Made by a program: the position numbers and the translations under genes | Part shown: piece by piece, positions 56,231 through 64,000 of the stretch | Layout: each line of letters opens with the position of its first letter | Numbering within the stretch: position 1 is the first letter of the stretch | Assembly (NCBI GenBank): GCA_964446345.1 | Contig: CAYUOL010000001.1 | Location: forward strand, 24,132-88,131 | Length of the DNA: 64,000 bases | Origin: an uncultured Iamiaceae bacterium | GTDB taxonomy: Bacteria; Actinomycetota; Acidimicrobiia; Acidimicrobiales; Acidimicrobilacustridaceae | Reading direction: 5' to 3' | Notes under the pieces: generated by a model | Database searches by the model: none | What the model was told of the DNA's origin: nothing | The model's input: only the letters and a program-made list of their open reading frames with translations

Positions 56231-56330
56231 ACGGCCTCCGGGAAGAACTAACCATCCGTTAGCTAAGAGACGCTGCGGCTACTCGGCTCAGCCGCTTTGG
56301 TCGCGCAGCACAGACGGCAGCGGCCGAGGT

Positions 56331-57090
56331 GCCTGGAGCCCGGAGCAGATTGCCCGACGCTTGCCGATCGACTTCCCGGACGACAACACGATGCGCATCA
56401 GCCACGAAGCCATCTATCACGCTCTCTTCGTTCAAGGTCGGGGAGCGCTACGCCGCGAACTGACGGCCTGCTTGCAAACGGGACGTGTGCTAAGAGTGCC
56501 CAGAGCGCGCGTAAGAAGGCGAGGCAAGGGCTTTGTTTCGCCGGAGATCATGGTCAGTCAACGCCCCGCCGAAGCAGCCGATCGAGCAGTGCCGGGACAC
56601 TCGGAGAGGGACCTCATCCTTGGTCTTGGCAGCTCAGCGATTGGTACGCTGGTCGAGCGCACAACGCGGTTCACGATGCTGCTGCATCTTCCACGGCTCA
56701 TGGGGCACGGCGAAGCTCCGCGCATCAAGAATGGGCCTGCGCTCGCGGGACACGGAGCTGAACGTGCGGGACGCGATTACTCGCACCATCATCACCTTGC
56801 CACAAGAGCTGCGCCGTTCGCTGACCTGGGACCAAGGGGCCGAAATGGCCCAACAAGATCGTCTCAAGATCGATGCAGGCGTGCAGGTCTACTTCTGCGA
56901 TCCGCAAAGTCCATGGCAGCGCGGCACTAACGAGAACACTCTGCTGCGTCGGTACTTCCCGAAAGGCACAGACCTGAGCGTCCATAGCGTTCACGAGATC
57001 GCCGCCGTTGCTGCCGCCCTCAACGCCCGACCGAGAAAGACGCTGGGATGGAAAACGCCGGCGGAGGCGCTTGACGAGTGGCTACCATGA
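56331..57090 (+). pseudogene. IS30-family transposase remnant (N-terminally truncated, frameshifted)
   Basis: WSPEQIARRLPIDFPDDNTMRISHEAIYHALFVQGRG...RAVPGHSERDLI...GTLVERTTRF, then a frame shift to ...LRRSLTWDQGAEMA...YFCDPQSPWQRGTNENT..LRRYFPKGTDLS...LNARPRKTLGWKTPAE. Confidence 0.7.
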
Positions 57091-57100
57091 GTAACAAAAT

Positions 57101-57245
57101 CGATGTTGCGACGACCGCTTGAATCCGCCTTTGCTGCGTCGGTCGCTATGATGCACGAGCCCGCCGCGATGGATCGGCCGCCGATCGTGCAGTGCCTGTT
57201 CCAGCGTATCGAGCACGAAGCCGGCATGCGCAGTGCGCGAAGCAC
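57101..57245 (-). pseudogene. rve-type (IS3/IS481-like) integrase-core fragment
   Basis: RTAHAGFVLDTLEQALHDRRPIHRGGLVHHSDRRS matches the conserved LDALEQAL...GLIHHSDRGSQY region of IS3-type OrfB. Only about 45 codons. Confidence 0.45.
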
Positions 57246-57290
57246 TATAGCGCGACAAAGCATGAGCGATCGGGATTGGATAGGTTGCAA

Positions 57291-57440
57291 AGCAGCCAGG
57301 AGGACGCGTCGTCGCAATAACGCGTAGTTTGCCCGGCCATACATTTGTCGTTTGATGGCTTTGATCCTGCTGATCTGGCCTTCGATCGGACTAGTGCCAA
57401 AGCGCGCCGCACGCTTGTGCCCTTTCACAGCGTCATCGCA
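57291..57440 (-). pseudogene. ISL3-family transposase C-terminal fragment
   Basis: SPIEGQISRIKAIKRQMYGRANYALLRRRVLLAA matches the ISL3 C-terminal signature (EGQINRLKxxKRQMYGRA). Confidence 0.5.
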
Positions 57441-57632
57441 CAATCCGAAAGAGGGGCTGAGTCGCGAGGCTCCTTGTGCCGGGGGCAGCCTCGCCAAGGC
57501 GGCATTCGTTCAAGAAAAGCCATTCTGGAGACGTCGGCGGACCACCTGGCTCCTAACCGATTGCGGACTATCGTATCGAGCTGCCTCTTGGTAGGATTGG
57601 TCACCGATACTTCTCGCTGGTGCTAGCTGTCC

Positions 57633-58865
57633 ATGCTCCCCCATCTCGAACGGCCAACTGATAGACCGTCAATATCCGGAAAGATCATTTCTGATTTTGG
57701 GTTGCTGTACGCCTCGAACGGATTCATCGGCTGGCTCTTTGCCGCGACTGCTCCGATGGCCATCATCCTGACAGCCGGTTTGCAGGGTGAACTTTCGGAA
57801 GGCGAAATTGCGTCCTGGATCTTCGGTGCCTTCTTCATTAATGGCTTGATCACGATCCTGTTCTGCTGGCTTTATCGACAGCCATTAGCTTTCTTCTGGA
57901 CGATTCCCGGCACGGTTCTGGTCGGACAGTCATTGACGCACCTGAATTTTCATCAGGTCGTCGGAGCATACTACGTCACGGGCGCTCTCATCCTGGTGCT
58001 GGGTGGAAGCGGCTGGGTGAAGCGCTTGACGGAATTGGTTCCGCTCCCGATAGTGATGGGAATGGTTGCCGGCGTGTTTTTGCGTTTTGGCCTCGACCTC
58101 GTCCGTGCGGTATTCGCGGACGGCGCTGTCGCCGGACCCATGGTGGCGGTCTGGCTGCTCCTGTCCTCGGTCCCAGGGCTGGGCCGCCGCTGCCCGCCCA
58201 TCATCGGAGCGCTGGTGGTTGGCGCGCTTGCCACGATCGTCCTCGGCAGATTCGAGGATTCGTCGCCGCTGGAGTTCGAGTTGATCCGACCGGTCATTCA
58301 GGACCCGGCTTGGTCGATCGCTGCTTTGGTCGAGCTTGTCTTGCCGCTGGCGATCACCGTCTTGGTCGTGCAGAACGGTCAGGGCTTCGCTGTACTCAAG
58401 GCAGCGGGGCACAATCCGCCGGTCACTGCGGTGACGATCGCCTGTGGGGTCGGCGCGTTCGCCAGCGCCCTTGTTGGCGCCATCAGCACGTGCCTGACAG
58501 GGCCGACGAATGCCATCATCGTCGGCAGCGGCGAGCGCAAACGCCAATATGTCGCCGGGATCGTGGTTGGTCTTCTGTCGATCATGTTCGGGCTGTTTGC
58601 GCCAACTTTCACCCGACTGCTCCTCAACACTCCAAAGTCCTTTGTTGCAGCATTGGCAGGCCTCGCGATGTTGAGCGTGTTGCAGACGACTTTCGTTACG
58701 GCGTTCGCCAACCGCTTCTCCTTCGGCGCGCTGGTGGCGTTTCTCGTGACCATCGCTGACATGCCATTGTTGAATGTAGGGGCCCCCTTTTGGGGATTGG
58801 TCTCCGGCATTGTCATATCCGTCCTGTTGGAGCGGGCGGACTTTGCGTCGCGGCCGATGTCGTAA
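57633..58865 (+). CDS. benE: BenE-family benzoate/aromatic-acid membrane transporter
   Basis: 410-aa polytopic protein. The N-terminal region NGFIGWLFAATAPMAIIL...SWIFGAFFINGLITI..YRQPLAFFWTIPGTVLV resembles BenE. Confidence 0.65.
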   Translation: MLPHLERPTDRPSISGKIISDFGLLYASNGFIGWLFAATAPMAIILTAGLQGELSEGEIASWIFGAFFINGLITILFCWLYRQPLAFFWTIPGTVLVGQSLTHLNFHQVVGAYYVTGALILVLGGSGWVKRLTELVPLPIVMGMVAGVFLRFGLDLVRAVFADGAVAGPMVAVWLLLSSVPGLGRRCPPIIGALVVGALATIVLGRFEDSSPLEFELIRPVIQDPAWSIAALVELVLPLAITVLVVQNGQGFAVLKAAGHNPPVTAVTIACGVGAFASALVGAISTCLTGPTNAIIVGSGERKRQYVAGIVVGLLSIMFGLFAPTFTRLLLNTPKSFVAALAGLAMLSVLQTTFVTAFANRFSFGALVAFLVTIADMPLLNVGAPFWGLVSGIVISVLLERADFASRPMS

Positions 58866-59810
58866 GACGGATTTCTACTGGTCAATTTGTTCTTGGCCAA
58901 CAGCGGTAGCCCGAGAAAGCATGCAATGATGTCGCCTGAGAAATGAAGAAGCGGTATTTTCGCGAAAAGCAGGTCCGCGATCACCCGGAGCACTCCGCTG
59001 AATATCTGAGACATGAGCACTGTTGGCGCAGCCGGTCGAGGCCAAAGCTGCAGTCGTGCTAAGCAGCATGCCGACAAGCTCACCGAGGATGGCCGCCAGG
59101 GGTTGGTGCGCCACGGGCATCTCCTGAGCCGGATTATGACTGGCATCGGGCTGTGCGCTCAGCGTGTGCGCGAACACGTCGGTGAAGGTTCGGCGCGCAT
59201 CCGCTTTTCGTCGGCGATTCTGCCGCCGATGCACCGAGATCGAAGAGCCTCGAAGTGCTGATCCAATCCTTTATCTCTAGGGCGTTTCAACCGGCGACTT
59301 GGGGCGGACTTCTGACCGAGCCGCGCCGAGGATCATCCAAACACGCTCGCCCCGACTTCGCAACCCGGGCCTGCTCCGACAGTCGGAGCACTAACGCTCG
59401 CCGAATGGCTCTAAAAGGAAGGGAGAACTTGAAAACAAAGCATGCCGATGGGCACACCGTTTTCGGTAGCGACGACGAACTCACGTTGAAGTTTGAAGGA
59501 ACGTGCGCCGGAGGCAGGATAGCTCGTCACCTTGGCACGGCCGAGCAGTTCCCGCGGTAGTTCTCGAAGGAACGTTCATCTTTCGCGAAGAGTAGCCGGC
59601 CCCCGGTGGCGAAGCCGCTGACGCTAAAGTTCAATCCTGCCAAACTTCCGACGCTGCCGAGCGCTCTCGCTGAAAGCGTTACCCAGCCTTGTTGTCGCGC
59701 TGCTTTGTCATGGACGAAGTCGGACGAGCCATGCTGCTGCACAGCATCAAGGTCACAAAAGATCTCCCGTGATTGCTCACGGGAGCCTATTTGTTCTACC
59801 CGCCGGAGAA

Positions 59811-61040
59811 TCATTCCGCAGGCACGTCACCGTGAATGGTGTCGCCGAACAATTCCCATTTCTTGCCTTTGAATCTCATTAGTTGGAGCGAACTGATCGG
59901 TGCAAAATCGGTCGGCCCGGTGTTGATCCTGATGCCCGGCAGCAGCGTGTCAGGCTCAAAGTCCTTCAGGTTCGCGGCCTGCTTCATGATATTGGCACGC
60001 GTGAGATCATCGCCGCACATCTCGAGCACCTTCGCCAGTGTTTGGGCAGCGCCGTATCCATAGATGTGGCCGCTGTCGGTCTTGTCGGCGCCAGGCATGT
60101 ACTTGTCGACGAACTCGGCCCATTTCTTCATGCCGGGATCATTAGTCCATTGCGGATCGGTCGCGTCCTTTGCGTAGGCAGCTGAAATCACTCCTTGAGC
60201 ATTGTCGAAGCCCGCAGGTTGCATCACGCTACCTACCGATGCCGAGACGTTGGTCATGATTTGCAGCGGTCTCCAGCCGATCTCAGCCGTTTTCTTTATC
60301 GCCTGCGCGCCGAATTTCGGGGTTGTGTAGATCAGGAGAACGTCTGGGTTGGCAGCCTTGATCTTGACGATGTGGGAGTCGATAGTCGGCTCGGAAACTT
60401 CGTGACTCTCTTCCATGATGATATTGGCAGCCTTGGCGCCGAACCCATCCTTGGTGCCCTTGACATAGTCTTTGCCGAAGTCGTCGTTCTGATAAAGGAT
60501 GGCCACCTTCGCATTTGGTTTCTCCTTCATCAGATACTTGGCGTAGATGTGGGCCTCACTCTGGTAGGAAGGCTGCCAGCCCATCGTCCAGGGAAAATTC
60601 TTGGGATCGTTCCACTTGGTTGCACCCGTCGCAACGAACAGCTGCGGGACTTTCTTTGAGTTGAGATACCTCTGGATCGCTGTATTGGACGGCGTGCCGA
60701 GTGGGTTGAAGACGAGCAAGACTTCGTCGCTTTCGACTAGCTTGCGGACCTGCTCTACTGCCTTAGGAGGAGAGTAGGCGTCGTCATATGTTATGAAGTT
60801 GATCTTACGACCGTTGATCCCGCCGCGATCGTTGATCATCTTGAAGTAGGCTTCCTCAGTCTTGCCGATAACGCCATAGGCGGATGCGGGGCCGCTGTAA
60901 GGCATGATATTCCCGATCTTGATTTCGGTGTCGGACGCGCCTGGATCGTATTTCTTTTGGGCGAGTGCCGCCGATGGCGAGACCGCAAGCATCGTCAGGG
61001 CGAGGGACGCTGCGGCGAATCTGCAGGTGACTGTCTTCAT
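59811..61040 (-). CDS. ABC transporter substrate-binding protein (Liv/PBP1 family), orphan
   Basis: ATG 61040 follows AAGGAAG. Signal peptide MKTVTCRFAAASLALTMLAVSPSAALAQ, then IKIGNIMPYSGPASAYG. No permease or ATPase genes are adjacent. Confidence 0.88.
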   Translation of the reverse strand: MKTVTCRFAAASLALTMLAVSPSAALAQKKYDPGASDTEIKIGNIMPYSGPASAYGVIGKTEEAYFKMINDRGGINGRKINFITYDDAYSPPKAVEQVRKLVESDEVLLVFNPLGTPSNTAIQRYLNSKKVPQLFVATGATKWNDPKNFPWTMGWQPSYQSEAHIYAKYLMKEKPNAKVAILYQNDDFGKDYVKGTKDGFGAKAANIIMEESHEVSEPTIDSHIVKIKAANPDVLLIYTTPKFGAQAIKKTAEIGWRPLQIMTNVSASVGSVMQPAGFDNAQGVISAAYAKDATDPQWTNDPGMKKWAEFVDKYMPGADKTDSGHIYGYGAAQTLAKVLEMCGDDLTRANIMKQAANLKDFEPDTLLPGIRINTGPTDFAPISSLQLMRFKGKKWELFGDTIHGDVPAE

Positions 61041-61175
61041 TCCATTCTTCCTTTGCTTTTGATGGATCAGTTCTATGCGAAATCTTATTTGGCGGACCGC
61101 AAGTGAACCGTGCCTTGCTGGGGCCCAGTGAAGATCGGGCCAGTGACGCATGTGACGAAACGGCCTGACGGCATC

Positions 61176-61592
61176 CTATTCGCAAACATAGGCACCTCTT
61201 CCACTTGCCAGAAGGGCGCCGTCGGTACCGACAACACGTGTTTCAGCAACACTGATTTGACGCCCCATCTTTACTAATCGGCCAATTGCGCGCAGCTGAC
61301 CAGGTAATGCAGGTCGATGGAAATCGACATGCAGATCGATTGTCGCCCGCGGTGTCCCTCCAGCTGCAAGGATGGTGTAGAGTCCCGTCAGGTCGATCAA
61401 CGCGGAAAGAATGCCGCCATGCGCCGATGCGATTTTGGGATTGGAGACAATCTCGTCTCGCCAAGGCATTTCGAGCACGAGTTCGTTCATATCGAAATCA
61501 ATCAAATTCAGCCCGAGCCAGCGATGAAAGGGAGCAATCAGCAAACGCTTCCGCAGTTGTTCAATATCGTGGGGCTTCCTTTCTCGGTTCAC
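61176..61592 (-). CDS. PaaI-family hotdog thioesterase
   Basis: 138 aa with a GTG start in a GTGA overlap with the hydrolase stop. Motif SAHGGILSALIDLTG. Confidence 0.75.
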   Translation of the reverse strand: MNRERKPHDIEQLRKRLLIAPFHRWLGLNLIDFDMNELVLEMPWRDEIVSNPKIASAHGGILSALIDLTGLYTILAAGGTPRATIDLHVDFHRPALPGQLRAIGRLVKMGRQISVAETRVVGTDGALLASGRGAYVCE

Positions 61593-62473
61593 GAGACCAC
61601 CTCCGCGCCATGCCTTCGGATCAGGAATTCAACGATGGCTTGACCGAAAGCATCGTTCTGATCGCCCACCACCATATGTGTAGCATCCGCGATGTCGGTG
61701 TATTCAGCGTGGGGAACCAGCGTCTTGAAATGCACCACAGCTTCGGGAGACACGAGGTCGCTCAAGCCTCCCCGTATCAAATGGACGGGCAGACGCAGCC
61801 TGCCGGCCGCAGCGTTCAGCGCGCAGCGCCGACGATCGATCGCCGCTGCTTCCATCACTTTCGGTCGAACGATTTGATCGATGAAGGCGGGATCCCAATG
61901 CCAATAATATCGTCCGTCTTCCTTGCGGCGAAGATATGTTTGAAGTCCGGATGAGGCTTTTCGGCTTGGGCGATGGGGCAGATAGTTGGAAATCGACTGC
62001 GCAGCCTCCTGGGGAGAGGCGAATCCCTCGCGTGCATGAGCCGCCATAAAGCCGACAACGCGCGCGATGCCTGCCGGCTCCATTTGTGGAGTGACATCAA
62101 CGAGCGTGAGAGATGCAAAGCTGAACGGGCTCAGTTCGCCCTCCGCGAAAATGCCCGCCAAGCCCCCAAGCGAGGCGCCGATGAGCGCCGGCCTTCGAGC
62201 TTGTGCGCTTGCGATGGCCACAAGATCGCTCGCAAAATCTCGGATGTCATATGCGCCATCCTCAGCCCAAGCGCTATCGCCATGTCCGCGCAGGTCTATT
62301 GCAATTGATCGAAATCCATGCCGGGCCAGCAGCTGCGAGACGACGAGCCAGCTTCGCCGTGTCTGGCCTCCGCCATGTGCCAGCACGACCGGAAAGCCAT
62401 TCTCTGGCCCTTCCGTCGATGCGGCAATTTGGTGGCCCTCGTGCCCGGCGAGCATAGTCGCGCGCTGCGTCAT
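61589..62473 (-). CDS. Alpha/beta-fold hydrolase
   Basis: 294 aa. HGGGQTRRSW is the oxyanion region; the nucleophile elbow is GASLGG. Confidence 0.8.
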   Translation of the reverse strand: MTQRATMLAGHEGHQIAASTEGPENGFPVVLAHGGGQTRRSWLVVSQLLARHGFRSIAIDLRGHGDSAWAEDGAYDIRDFASDLVAIASAQARRPALIGASLGGLAGIFAEGELSPFSFASLTLVDVTPQMEPAGIARVVGFMAAHAREGFASPQEAAQSISNYLPHRPSRKASSGLQTYLRRKEDGRYYWHWDPAFIDQIVRPKVMEAAAIDRRRCALNAAAGRLRLPVHLIRGGLSDLVSPEAVVHFKTLVPHAEYTDIADATHMVVGDQNDAFGQAIVEFLIRRHGAEVVS

Positions 62474-63175
62474 CGTCTCAATCCTGAGTAACCTTACCGT
62501 CGATCGACGTTTCGTGACAGGATCCGACGATCGGCAGCGCGGCGATCATCGATATCGCGAGCGGCCCCGCGCGGGCGGCCTTGCAGGCATGTTCGGGGCT
62601 CAGGTTGATTCCGGTCTGGGCGAACAATTGCAGGGACCCTCCTGATGCTTAAGTCCACACGCCTTCGCAGAGCGCTGACTTTTGGCGACCGGCTTTTTGC
62701 CAATGAAGGTCAGATGGAGAATCCAAAGCAACCGTCCCATTCAAAAAATAGCAGAAGCACCGCAACCGAGAAGGGGGCGACGACGCCCAAGACCACGCCG
62801 CAATGACTACCGCGATCGTTGATGCCGGGCCCTCCCCAGCTTGCCACTCTATCCGTGCGCGCCGCTCTCTCATTGGACCGGTTGAACCGCTAAGCAAGGC
62901 AAGTACTTAATCCGGCACGCCTTAGGCATGGAACGCGCACCCGCGTCGTCCCTTTCCGTCATAGATAAACCCTTTTCTCGAAAGAAGCAAGCAAGCTTAT
63001 GATAGGCTTGCGCACGGATTTGCTCGCGATGGCCGCCATAGGGCTCGCGCGAGAAAGAAGTGAGAGAATTGAGGAAGGCAACAAGCAGAGGTTCGTCCGC
63101 GTCGGAAATTGCTTGCAAACACAGGTTTGCGACCTTGTCGGGGGATTTCGTCCCGGGATTCGGCTTTGGTTAGAG

Positions 63176-63751
63176 ATGTGTAGTCGCATACTTTTCTTAA
63201 TCGGCCTTCTGGCGCTCGCGCACCTATCGCCAGCTCGAGCGATGCTGTGGTCAAACGTCGCGGCTAGCGAAGACAATCCACCGGCTACTGGCGACGCTGA
63301 TCAAGGGACAACTCGGGAGTTTCAATTCTTTCGTGAAGCCCGAGTTTCGTTACGGCGGGCGATCAAAATAGCAGAGAAGCTGCATAGTGGATCAACGGCA
63401 CTAGAAGTCAGATTCGATATCTTGGCTGGTTCCGCAGTCTATTGGGTCAAGACCATGCGCAGGACGCTGATCTGGGAGAATGCCATCGACGCAAAAACTG
63501 GAAGCGTTGCAAGGAAAGAAAGCACCCTCTCTTTGGAGAGTTCCGACAACCGGAATGAATTGGTGGCTCTGAAGAATGTACGGCAGGAATTATCGGATGC
63601 AGTCGCTATTGCTGAGAAAGTTACAAAGGGAAATGCAATCAGTGCAACTTTGATGAAAAGGGACGGCCGATTGAACTTCATCATCCTGATCGTGAGCGGC
63701 GACCAGTTAAGAGAAGTCATCCTTGAGCCACCGACAGCGCGGCGTCCTTGA
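63176..63751 (+). CDS. Secreted PepSY-domain protein
   Basis: The internal ATG 63176 gives the signal peptide MCSRILFLIGLLALAHLSPARA. There are two PepSY-like segments (LRRAIKIAEKLHSGS...YWVKT; LSDAVAIAEKVTKGNAISA...). Confidence 0.55.
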   Translation: MCSRILFLIGLLALAHLSPARAMLWSNVAASEDNPPATGDADQGTTREFQFFREARVSLRRAIKIAEKLHSGSTALEVRFDILAGSAVYWVKTMRRTLIWENAIDAKTGSVARKESTLSLESSDNRNELVALKNVRQELSDAVAIAEKVTKGNAISATLMKRDGRLNFIILIVSGDQLREVILEPPTARRP

Positions 63752-64000
63752 CCGTCGCCATTTTGTGACTTTGGCGGCGTGGTTGGTGCCATGGAGTTCC
63801 ATGTGCTTCGGTAGGCGGCCACGATCGTCCATCGGGACGGGCGCGTGCAAGCTTTACCGATGGCTCTCGGGGCCTTGCCCTCGACTTCCCACGGCGTAGA
63901 TGGAACTGTTTGTTACCTAACGGGTTTTTGAAATTGTGCGGTAGTCTTCGGTGGCTGAAGTGAGATCTGAGCCATGGATAGCGTTGGCCATCGGATTAGG

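Noticed and set aside
56248-56262. CTAAC-N5-GTTAG palindrome resembling the cluster operator, and a lone TCTAAC half-site at 31910-31915 upstream of the ligase.
   Set aside because: The first has the wrong spacer length (5 rather than 4) and sits at an IS30 junction. The second has no matching right arm. Neither is counted as an operator.
58875-59800. Several 60-120-aa ORFs on both strands between benE and the orphan SBP gene. The same applies to 62494-63118 and 3928-4184.
   Set aside because: They have no motifs I can recognise, the frames are mutually overlapping, and they are probably decayed fragments or noise. Left unannotated.

Overview
High-GC window; the proteins look alphaproteobacterial (Bradyrhizobiaceae-like), which is inference only. 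Almost all of it is one very large acyl-CoA catabolic supercluster. It holds three Liv-type ABC uptake systems or parts of them (5 substrate-binding proteins), 5 adenylate-forming CoA ligases (2 of them PaaK-like), 8 intact acyl-CoA dehydrogenases plus 1 dead one, and 4 crotonases. It also has 2 MaoC hotdog hydratases, 3 PaaI thioesterases, and a thiolase/DUF35 pair. Two complete paralogous biotin-dependent acyl-CoA carboxylase modules are present (carboxyltransferase, BC-BCCP subunit, hydratase; one also has HMG-CoA lyase), resembling the Pseudomonas Atu/Liu route for beta-methyl-branched (isoprenoid) acyl-CoAs. FadH plus two DECR-like SDRs, a P450, a nitronate-monooxygenase-like flavoenzyme, a BadH-like SDR and a BenE-like transporter complete it. 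Regulators are one ordinary TetR and one single-chain tandem (double) TetR. A 16-bp palindrome, TCTAAC-N4-GTTAGA, recurs in at least four promoter regions spread over about 46 kb, which suggests a single regulon. Genes within operons are often joined by 4-nt ATGA/GTGA overlaps. Three decay zones interrupt the cluster. Zone 3.7-4.8 kb has an SRAP pseudogene, a tRNA 3'-end-like fragment, four tandem 23-bp repeats starting with TGT, and an IS5-like fragment. Zone 43.4-44.4 kb is a frameshifted IS481-family element with recognisable inverted repeats. Zone 54.8-57.5 kb has a ligase fragment, a decayed two-gene module with a HEPN-like Rx4H motif, and IS30, rve and ISL3 fragments. I found no rRNA, no complete tRNA and no CRISPR array. 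All functional calls come from reading motifs in the translated ORFs by eye; no database search was possible.
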